A stretch of DNA of 64,000 nucleotides from NCBI RefSeq assembly GCF_009914755.1, contig NC_060930.1, one strand, 5' to 3'. The stretch comes from the human T2T-CHM13v2.0 reference genome, Homo sapiens. The position numbers were made by a program, and so were the translations under genes. Below, piece by piece: positions 13,437-28,599 of this stretch; the first letter of the stretch is position 1, and each line of letters starts with the position of its first letter. The notes under the pieces were generated by a model. That model did no database searches, was not told the DNA's origin, and worked only from the letters and a program-made list of their open reading frames with translations.

Positions 13437-14344
13437 ACTTTGAAAAAATGAATTTAAAGAGGTTGAAATTTATGTTGAACTTATATAACAGGATATATTT
13501 GTAGTTAATATTCAACATTCATTGGATAGGCTTCAACAAGGCTTTGCGAACTCCTGGTACACCTGGGTTCCTCCCCTGCAAACACGGGCATCCAGTACCT
13601 TTTCCCAGGATGGCATTGGGGGACCTGAGGAGCCTGCTCTTCTTATTCAGACTCTTGGCGTTTCCTGGCCTGAGTCAGGGTGCACTTTTTGGAGAAGGTC
13701 TTCTTCTAAAGCCTCCTTGGTGAGCAAATGGATTTTCCATTAGCAGATGCTGCATAGGTTAGGTTTTGGAAACATCCAGGAGTTCCCTTTCACCTTCTCA
13801 TCAGTGCTGCTGCCATCTCTTTGACACTCTCTAAGAGGTGGGCAGTGCTCTCTTCATTAAATGTTAGCAAATATTTACAGAGCATCTGCTATATGCCAAA
13901 CACCAGCCTATGAACCTCCCTTCTCCCTGGAAACCACACCTGGTCCAGCATTACCAGAGACCTGTCCAACCAGGGAACCACCCCAAAGAACGTGATAAAC
14001 CTGTCCAGAGCTGCTGGAGTTGGTTGAAGGTTCTTAACCCCTCAGCTCGAGTTTGCCATTTTGTTTCTTTCTATGTCATCATTTTTTTCTCTGTTGGCCA
14101 CAGTAGCTTCCTGTTCTCAATGGGTCCTCCGTTAGCCTCTATCCCTCAGTTTTCCTGCTACTCTCTATGATATATGCCAATATGATGGTTTTAACAATTA
14201 AAAGTTTCTGGCTATTGTGAAATGTTTTCCAATGCACTATTATCCACAATTTTCAGGTGAAGAAACAGAAAGAGAATGGTTAGGGCCTTCTGAATGTCCT
14301 CCAGAAAGATGGAGAAGATGATAATAGGAATAGGAAACATCTGA

Positions 14345-14495
14345 ACTTTGGTTATGTACCTGGCACCTTATATGCTTTCTCACTTATTTAATCCTCAGAG
14401 CAACCCTGGGAAGTAGGTAGTATTATCACCTCTATTTAAAAATCACGAATTTGAAGCTCAGAGAAGTTGAGTAACTTATCCAAGGTCACACAGCT
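14345..14495 (-). mobile_element. MIR SINE
   Basis: TTTAATCCTCAGAGCAACCCTGGGAAGTAGGTAGTATTATC...GAAGCTCAGAGAAGTTGAGTAACTTATCCAAGGTCACACAGCT, the MIR core. Confidence 0.75.
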
Positions 14496-16225
14496 CATGA
14501 CCCATGCAGTCTATTGCCAAAACCACTCACTCTTAAGCACCATGTTATGCCAGTCCATCTCCTGATTGCCAGTCCAGAGTTGTGGGAAGCAAAGGATGAA
14601 GCAGTTGGGAGTGACAGAAAAGTGCACAGTCAGGTAAGTCCCAAGGTTTACCTCACTGCACTTATTTGTAAAGGGCATCCTGTCTCCTGCCAGAAAAAAA
14701 GCCCTTTCTCGCTGGTGTCCTGGCACTAAGTACACTCTAAATGATCACAGCCCAGCCTCCTCCAGCATTTCCTCTGTAATGAGAAATCCCACTGGGAGAG
14801 GTGGAGTGAGGAAGGGCTCAAGCAGAAGAGGGGTTATTTCCTTACAATCAGGAGCCCCATGGGCCCAGGGCAGCTAAGCTGGTAAAAGCACTGATTGTAG
14901 CTTTAGTATCGATCTCATGCAGAGAAGGGACATTGATTAGCTTACAACTTCTTCACAAAGAAAAGTAGAGAAGTGGCTGGTGCATTTAATGCGTGTAGGT
15001 GGCATCAAAGGAGTCCTATACTTTCTTCTACTCTACCCCCCAAGGCTTGGCCTCATCTCCCTTTGTGATTAAGTCCAGAGAGCTGGGGAATGTCAAGGCT
15101 GGTAAGCCTAGATTGTTTCATAAAGTGCTTTTTATGGAGACTTGGAGAAAATGTTTCAAATGTCTGTCCTCTCTTTAAAAAATAAAAGTTAAAAGCCCAG
15201 TGTAGAGAGTTTTGCTTGACTCTCCAGATACACACTCAGTGGGGATTAAGTGAGCAGGAAAGTAGGGGAAGGAAGGACTGGACCATGTTGCTGGAGCACC
15301 CTGGGTGCATGGCTCCTGTCCCTTTGCTGGTGCAGGGACTGTGCAGGCTAGCTTTTGGGAACTGGAAGAAGTAACTTGGCTTTTCTTCCACAACATGGAA
15401 GGTGTCCAGAGCAAAGCTGGGCATCAAGACAGGTGTATGTGTCCAGTGGCTCTGCCACCTGCCCTCAGCATGGGCTGTGTTCTGTGCTCCGGCAGCCGGT
15501 GGTGCAGAGTGGCTGATCTTTGCCTGGTGGAGCCATTGAATGTTGGCTTTTCTCCTTGCTGAGAGTGTGGCTGTCATAAGATGGGGAAAGAAGGGAGGAA
15601 GGACAAGGTGTGTGATGCACAGTCCTGAATTCAGAGGGTTTAAGGGGTAGGGATGCCAGAAGGGAACAGGGACATATGCAGAGACCATAGACTGCCCCTG
15701 TCCTGCAAGTGCAAAAGAGGGATGACTAGGGAAGCAGACTCCATACTAGGAGTGGCTAATGGACTTCTGCAAGTTATTTAAATCCACAGGTAAGTTCCTC
15801 CATCTGGAAACCGGGAATAATGACTGCTTGTCTCTTAAGGTTGCAGTGAAAATTGAATATAAATTTATGAAAAGTGCCTGGCACATTGTAAGTGTTCAAA
15901 AAATAATAACTACTACTTAGAAAAGAGAGAAAGCTGCGTACTCACCCAAGCAAATTGTTTGCCTACCCAAGGATCGTTCATCATTTTGGAAAATCACTTC
16001 ATGAATGGCAATATTGTTCATGATAGTTGAGTGACCAACATAAAACACCAATTCAGTCTGTATTTTGTAAATGTCACATTTATGGGGATTCTACACAGGC
16101 TGAAGCCCCTGACTACTTGATCATGTCTTCTTGTGTAGCTGTGCATGTAGTTACATGTTATGGTTTATATTATTATGAATTAGTTTCATTTACATTACAG
16201 CCAAGACATTATTTTATTGCTTTTT

Positions 16226-17036
<811 letters not shown>

Positions 17037-17066
17037 TTATTGCTTTTTTAAGAAAAGCAAGTACTA

Positions 17067-17732
<666 letters not shown>

Positions 17733-18696
17733 TCAATGATTTTTTTTCAGGGTAGTAAAGAAGACGTTACAAGATATTTATTATAAAAAGGGGCCTTGGG
17801 TCTGATGGGACTGAAAACTGCTACTTTAGCAAAAAGAAAACAAGCTTTGACTTCAGAAAGACCCAAGACTGAGCTCTAACTCTGCTACATACTGACAGGA
17901 ATTTTGAGGAAGTTACTTAAATGCTCTGAGTCCCAGTTGGCTCATCTCTAAAAACAGGAAAATTAATATCTACATCGCAAGACCATTTGGAGGATTCACA
18001 AGATAATGTGGGGAACATCTAGCACACTGTAGGTACTCAGCAAATGTGGTTCTGTTTCTCCAGCCACTTGACTTTGCATCTTCTCAACATGCAAGGGAGC
18101 ATAGTCACTTCAATTGCTGGCCAGTGCAGCTCTTCCAGGTAAAAGACCTCTGCTAACTTCTTCCCATTGTGTAGAGAGAAGATTTTAATCTTCTCTAAAA
18201 TTCATCTATATCCTCTCAGCTTCCAAAGACCTCCTCTGATCATCCTTTGTGAGATACCTGATTTGGTGACAGCATCATGATTCCCATATCCCTTCCTGTG
18301 ATACAAACCAGGCTCTGTCCACCCAGAAGATGATGAGTAGGTTTTCGCTATATATTTAGGAGTGGAAGTCCTTCCTTCTCAGACTATACTTGTTTTTCCC
18401 TTCTCTGACTCTACACAGGTCCTGCTGTGTCTTTCTTAACCTGCAGCAATGTACAAAAAAGAACATTTTGATGTGCCAATATGTAAATGTGCTACTTTTG
18501 ATTACCAACGAAGTAACACACCAAGCACATTCTGAACCTCAGCTCCTTCCATTCCCCATCCTGTACAGATGACATAGGATGCAAGGGTCAGAGCTGTGGC
18601 AAACATACTCCTTGTACTCAATACCTGGATATGTTATTAAAGTGGAACATATAAAATGTTTTATAGGTTACATCTAAGTGTGTGATGCATGAAAAA

Positions 18697-18766
18697 ACTC
18701 TATTCTTGCACCAGACTCCATTCTCGCACCAGAGTCTCCATTCTTGCACCAGAGACTCCATTCTTT
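18697..18766 (+). repeat. Short tandem repeat, ~18-20-bp unit x3.5
   Basis: Unit approximately ACTCCATTCTTGCACCAG(AG). Confidence 0.85.
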
Positions 18767-19185
18767 GACCTATGCAGCCAGCTGAAGGTCCCTGTAGTTC
18801 TGTTGACCATCTGCAAACATGGAAAAGCTTGGGTTTAGGCCACAACTATAGGGATCTGAGTGTTCTGAATTGGGACTGCTTAGATTTTTTTTTTTTATAT
18901 ATATAAAGCTTAATGTAGACCCAGCATGCCCCAGCATTTAGGACATTTTTCTCACCCACACTCATACTGAAGCCTGGAAATGAGCCATGCACACTCCCTC
19001 TGCTCCCATTCAGACAACAAAATTGAGCCACTCTGCTGGAAAAGCCCATCTTTCTTCCCAGCCCATAGGTTAAAGGGGCAACTCTAAACCTTCTCCCCTA
19101 AATGACTGGCATGAACATCTGACCCACAGGGGATCAGTCAGGTTCTTTCTCCAAATAATTTGGAAAAGTTTAAGAAGAGCTAGTT

Positions 19186-19344
19186 CAGGGGCTGGCAAAC
19201 TATTGCCTATAGGCAAAATCTGGCAATGCTTGCTAGTTTAATAATGTCTGCGACTGTCAATAGTTGCAGGAGATATTTTATGGATCTCGGTAGCATAAAA
19301 TATTGACTATCTGACTCTTTACAGACAAAGCTTTCCAACCCCAG
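19186..19344. mobile_element. hAT-Charlie DNA transposon, MER58-like
   Basis: CAGGGGCTGGCAAAC ... TTTCCAACCCCAG inverted termini; internal AAAATATTGACTATCTGACTCTTTACAG. Confidence 0.65.
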
Positions 19345-21094
19345 AGCAAGAAGTTTACAGAGACTTGGAGGCTGAGACCACCATTTGGAGGCAGGAGGGC
19401 CGTGTGCACTCAGAATAGAAGAAACTGTGCTCAGAGACATGGAAGTGAGAGAGAGAGCATGAAGCAGCGAGTGCCAGGAGAAGCAGAAAAGAACCAGGCA
19501 GTTCAAAGAAAGGGCAGAAAGGGCCAGACAACCTTCCAGTGTCTGTGAGACACATCAACCTTGCTTGTGCTCTGCATCTGTGACTGTCCCATGTATACAA
19601 TAAACCGTTTTTACCTAAACTAGTTTAAACGTGTTCCTGTTTTTTTCAACAAATGATTCCTGAAAAAATCAGCCATAGGGGCCATTATGTGGCTGCAATA
19701 AGCCTGAACCAATTAAGATCTTTGAGTCCACTGCTGATTCCCTTGATAAGTCCCAGAGGGAGTTAAGCTTAGAGAACAATGGTAGGCAATAAAAGGTGCT
19801 TGTTTCTAGGGACCTTTGGCTCTTAATCCATGGGTCCCCTGATCCTGGTGAGTCATGCTCATCCACATTTGAGTGAAAAGGGCCACTGCTGACCTTTAGC
19901 CTGAGGTCTGGACAAAGCAGACTGCACCCTCTTCCTCTGGGGCAGCAGCAAGCATCCAAGAGAGGTTTTCAGCAGAGGCTGCCTCTGGCCTCCCCAGCTG
20001 TCTGTCTGATGAGGAGTGTGCAGAAAATGGAGACCGAAGAATAAATCAAAAGGAACATGGGAAGATGAGCGTATTATTAGTTGGTTGAAGTTCTATGATA
20101 GTGGTATTTCTGTTTTCATGCTCTGGTTCTTTTTTAGAGAAAACAGTATGTTCTTATGGTGCCCATGCTTGGAAATGCATCATAACCCTCACTTATATCA
20201 CATAATATAGAAAAAAACATGACAACAATTTCACAAAGTAATAAGATCACAGTGCTATATAGTGAGTAAATGGGAAGCTGGTCCAATAGCTAAGACACTG
20301 ATGAGAATAATTAAAATGATCAAAACCTTCTTTTCTCACAAAACTAGAAGCCAGAAAAGAACATTTTAGCAATTCCAACTCTTAATACATAAAAATTTAA
20401 AAATATGATCATAAAGATAGTTAAAAGATAGATGACAAACTGGGAAAAATATTTGCAACTTATGTTACAGAAACTGGCCACTTCATTGTTTGTTTAAGTG
20501 CATAGTGTTACTATTTTCCTCGTCCTAGTGGAGTGACTTTCTTCCTACCTGTGAACAAATCACTATTAACTTTTCAAATTAATCACTACAGTGTTTAGGT
20601 ATGATTTTAAATCTGGGAAGAAACTGCAAATACTGGCAGAGGCAAGCTAGTAAAAGAGAGACTTAAATTTGATTTGTCATTGAAAAGAGATTATCATGGG
20701 AACTTCAAATTAAGATGATGAACTGAGCAGATGTGGGAAGCCCTCCCTCCCATCCTAACACCTAACACCAAAAATCCAGGAGTCAGAAAGAGCTTGTTCT
20801 ATCTATGTATGTGCACAATAAAAAAACTTTCTCCTTGGGCTGGAGATTTATCCACAATATGGGACTGCCTCCATGAACAAGGGGGCAGGCAAAAGATTCT
20901 CATGAAGATGAGGTCACAAACAAAGATTATAAAGCAACAAGGAAACCCTTCTGCCAGTGACAATAAAGCATTCTGAAGGGTAATAAAAATGAATATGTTA
21001 AAAATATGTAAATATTTAAAAAGAAAAAAGAATCCACAAGACAAGAAAAGAAATCTATTTTAAAAGAACAGGCATTTTTTTAGAGTCAGAAATA

Positions 21095-22020
21095 TTGCAG
21101 TGGAGGAGAGGTAGCTGAAAATTCTTTACAATGCCTTGCTTTGAAAGGCAGTCTGGGCTGGCCTTGCAACCTGTTTTGGTCAATGGAATGTGGCAATAGT
21201 GATGTTGTGCAATTTATGAGGCTGGGCCTTAAGATATCTACAACCTCCGTATTTGTCTCTTAGAATGTTTCTGCCTGGAAATATTAAATATTAAAACAAT
21301 ATCCAATGACACTTGTTAAGGCATGGTAGGAAAGACTTTATGGACTTTATGGAGGGGGTGTGCTCTGTCTATAGGTATAGGAAGCACTGTAATGGAATTT
21401 TGCTGTGGGGAAGAGTTTGGGCTCAACTCTGAATTCCAAGGAGCAAGATGGGGTCAGTGAACAAAAAATTACTAAACCAAGACATAAGGGGGTAAGGAAG
21501 ATTCTGACTAACTTGATCTAACAGGATTCCTTGCTGAAGACAGGCCAGGATGATCAGACATTATCTCAGGGATGGTGAAGGCTGAAGAACCAGTCAGATA
21601 TTGAGAGTGATCAGATATCCAGAAAGGAGTAAGGGATGGTCTTGCTAAAGTGACTTAGCAAGGCTCTTGCTAAAAGTGGATTTTACAAAAAGGGTACAGA
21701 TAAGCCTAGGAGAAGTTTCAGGAGCCTGTCAAAAGTTTGGTCAAGCAAAGAATCTGTCAGAATCCAGCTACGATGCTATGAGAATCCCAGGTGAGCCACA
21801 TGGAGGGGAACTGGGCCATTTTGCTGGACAGCTCCAGCTGAGCTCCTGGCTGACAGACAGCACCACCTGCCAGCCAGGTGAGGGAGGCCATTCTCCCAAG
21901 GCCATTTAGGCACAATCAAAGTGATGCCACAAGCAGCAGCAATAAGCCTCCCCTGCTGAGTCTGGGCCAAATTACAGCCTTGTGAGCAAGTAAATGACTG
22001 CTGTTCTCTATGCTGTGTTA
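21095..22020 (+). mobile_element. MaLR LTR (MLT1-like), split by a nested ERV1 LTR
   Basis: GGGCTGGCCTTGCAACCTGTTTTGGTCAATGGAATGTGGC and GTGAGCCACATGGAGGGGAACTG motifs either side of the insert. Confidence 0.55.
21285..21759 (-). mobile_element. ERV1 solo LTR, MER31-like
   Basis: Reverse strand begins TGACAGATTCTTTGCTTGACCAAACTTT...CAGGCTCCTG and has GATATCTGATCA repeats. Confidence 0.65.
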
Positions 22021-22882
22021 TCCAGCAATCAATAATGGAAGAGACCATTGTGTAAAAGCTGCAGTTCAGATGAAGAGATGGGACATACCTCGATGCCAAG
22101 TTTCTTTTGGGCGAACTCTGAGGCAGATACCAGGCAGGCTTTGTTGGAAGGGAGCCACAGATGGAACAGAGAGCAAGACACACATGGTGTGGCAGAGAGA
22201 AATGTCTGGCAATAAGGAGCCAGACCTGAAAATGAGTTTTAAGTCATCCTGTAAGCAAGAAAAAATTTCAGTGTTTACTGTTTCAAAACAGGAAGCTTTA
22301 TCATTTTAAGTAACTAACTTGGATCTGGTTCTTTTTTATTTGAAACTTCACTTGTATTACATGCTGTTTATTGTCAAAAAAATCATTGAAAACATATTAT
22401 GTTAAATAAAAAGAATGTCTCTGCAGATAATTCGCTAATTAGTAAGTCATATGCTTTATATTTGCTTCTCTTGGTTATTCCTTGAAACTTTGGCTTCCAG
22501 GCCGCAAACCTCAAGTCCTCTATTTTCAGTTTAGTACCAACTATCTGCTGCCAGCAACTGTCCCAGACTGCCCTTGAAAGGTGCCTGTCACTGGGTGGGC
22601 TATCAGTAAATATTTAGACAATTGAAACTCATTGACTTCTTGAATGAATATAATGTGGGTTACCACTGTCCTAAGGGATTTCAGAGGGACAGTTATTTTC
22701 TTATGGACCAGCTAGAAATAAACTGGCCGTTTAAAATGGCTCTATAAACTGAGATCATTTGTGAGAAAGAGTTAACACCAACCCTGAAGTGCCTAACTTC
22801 TGTGCTTAGAGAACTGTGAAACAATATGTACTAATAGAATGGAGTAGAATTCATGTTGGCAAATGCTTTCTTTCTTCTTTAA

Positions 22883-23520
<638 letters not shown>

Positions 23521-25125
23521 AAAATATTTTTGCTCATTTTCTGTTACTTCTCTTATACTTCATCTTGTCTGGTCATATTCACTGGCAAATCATGGGAACT
23601 TGACCACAGGCAGGAGCGTGAAAGCTGGAGATCAGAGTTAAGATTCTGAGTCCGCCACTCTCTGCCTGTCGACCATGAGCAAGTCACAGTTCTGAACTCC
23701 ATTTCCCTGCCAGGAGCATTAGGGTCATCATGCTTCCTCAGTCTAGGAAGAACTCAGATTTAAAAGATCCATCAGCTGTTCCCACAACAGTTGATACAAT
23801 ACCGATGTAGTTCCTTACCAACTGGTAATAGCCACTGTCCAGAACACCTGCAGGCCGCCTCCCCTACCAGCTTAGCAAACTCAGCCTCTCCATTAGGACC
23901 CGTTAGATCTTTCTGTAATCTAGCCCCCACCCCCAACCCCCAAAAAGGAATACAACCTGATACAGCAGGGGGCCCAGGCCTCTCCCTTAGCCCCCTGCAC
24001 TGTGGTTAGTGTCCTTTCTGATTGTTTAGTGCCCACATCATACCCAATGTGAAATATTAGGAATAGATCCTCTGTTGACAGGAGGCAGGAGGATGGAATA
24101 AGAAAGTGGAGGTGAGGGGATTTGGAGCTGGGGCTTTGAAAGAAAGGGCTATAATCAGACTGGAACCAAAACGCTAAAATGTATCCAGGATAAAACAAAC
24201 AAACAAAGTCTTACATTTAGGTTTAAAAAAGAAGGGCACAATAATAGAGTAGGGTGACTTGGTGGTCAGAGACCTGGAGATTATGGCCAATGACAACTCT
24301 CTGTGAGCTTTCAATAGTATGTCAGAACATTCACTAAGAGGTGAATAACAGACCAAATATTTACTTACCTGAGACGCTTGTCCAGGGGCCTATGAGCCCT
24401 CAGCTGGGCACCAGTGCATACAGGGCTCTATGTTCAGAGCATGGAAGGAAGCTACTCAGCCTGTCCGGGGCTGCAAGTACACCTGAGTCTCGCCTCAGTG
24501 GTTGTGTAGTAACTAAGTAGCACAAAGAACTTGCTCCATCCCTGTCCAATCAGACTGAGCTAGAGTACTGAGTTAAGGTCCCCCGCAGAAGGACCCAATG
24601 GCTAGAGACCCACTAGAGTGTCCTGGGGACCACTCGGTGCTATTAAGAGACCCATGTGTGTTTAACTCAAGAAAGGGAAGAATAAGGAGGCAAGAGACAG
24701 GTATCCTTAAATGTCTGTAAATCTGTGAAATGAGAGAAGCTTCAGCCTAGATTTCTGTGGCTTACGTTGGAGCACTGCAGGGCGTAGATTTTGTTGAAGG
24801 CAATTTTCCCTGAGCTCTCCAAAGGTGGAGTGGGATGCCTAAGGAGGAGGAGACTTTGTTCCTTGGTATTTGGGTCAGAGGCTGGACACGCCACCTGTCA
24901 GAAATAATTAGAGGCAGCATTCCCATGGGGAGCATGTTAAGGAGGAATTCTTGTTCTCCTCTCCTCAAATTTCCACAAAAGGGAGGCTGTTTCCATTCCA
25001 TACCCCAAAAGGGGAAATGTGAACTAAATAATTGCCATTTTTCTTCAGATGCACGTGTATATCCTCTCTCCTTCCCACTGGTGAACTTAGTGATTTTATA
25101 AATTGGTGAATTTAGAAAAAGGAGC

Positions 25126-25520
25126 TATATTAGTCTGCTTGGGCTGCCACAGCAAAATACCACAGACTGGGTGGCTTAGTCAACAGAAATTGATTTTCTC
25201 ACATTTCTGGGGGCTAAAATGATCAAGGTGCCATCACGGTTGGTTTCTGGTGAGACCTCGCTTCCTGACTTGAAGACAGTCACATTCCCACTGTGAACTT
25301 ACATAAACTTTCATCTATGCACACAGGGAGAGAATCTATCTCTGTTCTTGTTTCCTCTTCTTATAAGGACACCAATTCCATCAGATTAGGGCCCCATCCT
25401 TATGACACTACTTAATCTTAATTACCTTCCTCAAGGCCCTATCTCCAACTACAGCCATATTGGGGGTTAGAACTTCAATATATGAATCGCGGGGGGGGGG
25501 GCACAATTCAGTCCATAACA
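25126..25520 (-). mobile_element. MaLR solo LTR, MLT1A-like
   Basis: TATATTAGTCTGCTTGGGCTGCCACAGCAAAATACCACAGACTGGGTGGCTTA ... CACAATTCAGTCCATAACA; TSD GGAGC/GGGGC. Confidence 0.85.
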
Positions 25521-27080
25521 GGGGCTGAGTATGCTGACTCTATAGCTCTGTCTACCCCGAGGTGCACTCTGGCCTCTTCTGTACCACATGATAAGCTTAG
25601 CCTCTTCCTATGATGGAGATGTCTGTGGCTGCTCAGCTCTTCCTGAGGCTTGTGGGTACATTTCTTTCAGAAATCAGAAAATATTAGGAAGCCTATGATG
25701 CTCACATATTAGCCATATCCTTCTTTCTAGATTTTACTAGCGATAAAGCTAGTATTTTGATTTTTCACCTAGCTCTGTGTTGTATTTCTCAATTGGGGAA
25801 AAGGGGGTGTTATTTAATGGATTCCCTAAAACAAACAAGGGAAGAAGCTGGAAACATGAGCTCCTTCTAAGATTGCACCCTCTTTCAGTCCTGTGCTGTA
25901 TTTCCTTCTGTCTGTGTCTGAATAGAAGCCCCAAAGAGCTTGGGTTTTAGATACAAGATAAGTTCATGTTTGGAATCAAACTGTTACCCATGGGTAACTC
26001 TGCCATTCCTTTTAAATTTAGCATAGAGGTATTCGGCAACCGGATTTGCCAAATTTCTATCAAGGAAATATTAATCCACATAATGTCAGCAAAACAACTT
26101 GAAATCTCTCCAGGTAAATATTGATGAATCTCTGAGCTTTCTGAAGATGCAAACATCTCAGCAGTTGCTTATAGCCTCATGAAATGCATTCTGTTCAACA
26201 CAGAGGCAGCTCTCCCCAGGAAACAAGTGAACCTTTGTTTGTTCTGTTTATTTGAGGAATTTATTAAGTTGGACTCTCCCTTGAAAGTTTGGGTAGGCAC
26301 CTAGAAAAATATTAACCTTTCTCTGAAAAGAGGCTCAACTCTTGGAATGCTTCACACAAATGCATTCATTCTTGGGAAAATACCAGTTTAAATCAGGCAC
26401 AAAAGGTCAGAATGCTAGAACCCTCCTGTGCATGCCCCAACTTTTTTCTTTCCTTGGAAGTGTCCCCTTCAGTTCCAAGCAGAAAACTTGAACCCCTCCT
26501 GTGCACTTACTCCTGGCTCTAGACATTAATAGGCATACATACAATACCATGCCCTAAAGCCACTCACCTTTCTCTACGTAGAAAACTCCAGTTACCAAGC
26601 ATAAGCCTTGGCTGGTGTTTAAATGTGCACCAGGAGATATCACACTAGGCAAGGCTTTGTGTGAAAAGGACTTCCAGTTTGAATGAGGTAGAAACTGGAA
26701 GAAAACAAGCAACGCAGTGAAATCCTGTTGACCTTCACTGTAACCACTAGGATTTGAAGAATGAAGTAGTTTGTTCTGTTTAATCCTTAAAAAGATCCTT
26801 CATAGGATTGTTCATAAGGATCCTTAAAATATCCTTCATGATTAGGGAAAGTACAATCCCTAACTCATATGTCTTTGGTGCTCTCTTAACTTGTCCAAGT
26901 GCTCACATGTGCCCACTGCCATGACTGGGCAGTTGGAGGCAGATGATACAGGTCAGTTTTATCCTTCCCCACAACCTTCCATAGAGGTAAAGAAAAGGAT
27001 ACAAGACAGCTAGTCAGGAAACCTGGGTGACCTTAGGCATCCCATCTCTCTGGGTCTTGTTTTTCTCAACAATGCTAGAT

Positions 27081-27264
27081 CAGTGTTTCCCAAATTTTAT
27101 CGATGATTAAAATCTCCTAGATGGCTTTTTAAAATACAGATTCCAGGCCCTTGCTCTAGGAATATTAATCCATCAGATCTTGGCTAGCAACCAGGAATCT
27201 TTATACTGTATGAGCACTCCTAACCCAAATTAGACTATGAGCAGGGAAGGTTTGGAAAACACTG
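27081..27264. mobile_element. hAT-Charlie MITE, MER5-like
   Basis: Terminal inverted repeats CAGTGTTT...AAACACTG; internal TTAAAATACAGATTCCAGGCCC; TAGA-containing flanks. Confidence 0.7.
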
Positions 27265-27774
27265 AATTAGATGCTGTAAAAACTCCTTTCCAGATCTAGT
27301 GATGGAAGTTTTAGGTGGATCATCTGAATTTAGCATGGCAGTTGCTATCAGTCCAACTTTATCCATCTTTACCCATTCAGAGGACTTAACTGTGTGGAGC
27401 ACATTGAGAGCAGCTCTTTCCAAGGGGATTGCGGGGGAGGTTTGTAATCAGCAGCAGTCAAGCAGCTAATTAAATATCCAGATTATCTGGTAAATTTGTG
27501 CTTATTCCGTCCTGCATTGTAATTCACCAGCTGGCTTTATTCAAGTCTTCAAAGGTTTGCAGAAAATGTTTCAGCCTATAATAATAATATCTCTGAAATT
27601 CCAAGACTGACAAAGATAAGACATTATAATTATGCACACACGATTATACATACTTTAATAAGCATGTGTGATAAGCAAATTTTATAAATCACTTTCTTCT
27701 CCTTTGTTGTGTCTTTAGCCTCAGGCTTCTACTTTATTCTCAAAAAGAATACCATGGGTAGAAGAACTTTACGG

Positions 27775-27920
27775 TGTTGAAAAAAGAAACGAAAGAAGGA
27801 CAGAAAGACAAAAAAAAGACAGAAGGATGAAAGAAAGACAGAAAGACGAAAGAAAAGGAAAGAAAAAGAAAGAAGGAAAGAAAGGACAAAGAAAGAAAGA
27901 AAGAGAGAAGGAAAGAAACC
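27775..27920 (+). repeat. GA-rich low-complexity tract
   Basis: Degenerate (GAAA)n/(GAAG)n. Confidence 0.85.
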
Positions 27921-28088
27921 ACACCAAACCTGTTCATCACTGTAATGATTGAGATTTACAAAAAATAAAGTTTCACACTTTTTAATTTAGCATCTACACA
28001 GAAAAATTGAAATTTTTAAAAGGAGTCTTGACATTAAGAACTCAATGATCTCTAACGATGTGGTGGATGAAGTATGCTGCTCACCCAC

Positions 28089-28128
28089 TGTATTAGTCTA
28101 GGTTCTCTAAAGGGACAGAACCAATAAG

Positions 28129-28189
<61 letters not shown>

Positions 28190-28583
28190 AAGGGGAGTTT
28201 ATTAAGTAGTATTAACTCACGAGATCATGATGTCCCACAATAGGCTGTCTGCAAGCTGAGGAGCAATGAAGCCAGTCTGAGTCCCAAAGCTGAAGAACTT
28301 GGAGTCCAGTGTTCGAGGGCAGTAACCATCCAGCACAGGAGAAAGATGTAAACTGGGAGGCTAAGCCAATCTAGGCTTTTCACATTTTTCTACCTGTTTT
28401 TATATTCTGGCCACACTGGCAGCTGATTAGACGGTGCTCACCCAGATTAATGGTGGGTCTGCCTTTCCCAGCCCACTGACTCAAATGTTAATCTCCTTTG
28501 GCAACACCCTCAGAGACACATCCAGGATCAATACTTTGCATCCTTCGATCCAATCAAGTTGACACTCCGTATTAACCATCGCA
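28089..28583 (-). mobile_element. HERV-L solo LTR, MLT2A1-like
   Basis: TGTATTAGTCTAGGTTCTCTAAAGGGACAGAAC ... CCAATCAAGTTGACACTCCGTATTAACCATCGCA; TSD CCCAC/CCCAG. Confidence 0.88.
28131..28188 (+). repeat. (AC)21 followed by (AT)n microsatellite inside the MLT2A LTR
   Basis: Direct reading. Confidence 0.95.
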
Positions 28584-28599
28584 CCCAGCCACTGAAGAA

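Noticed and set aside
15175-15688. 150-aa minus-strand ORF and neighbours
   Set aside because: No recognisable domain or exon structure; consistent with chance ORFs in GC-richer intergenic DNA.
18697-18766. Short direct repeats as a CRISPR-like array (also 11922-11979)
   Set aside because: No unique spacers, only 2-3.5 copies, eukaryotic context; ordinary slippage duplications.
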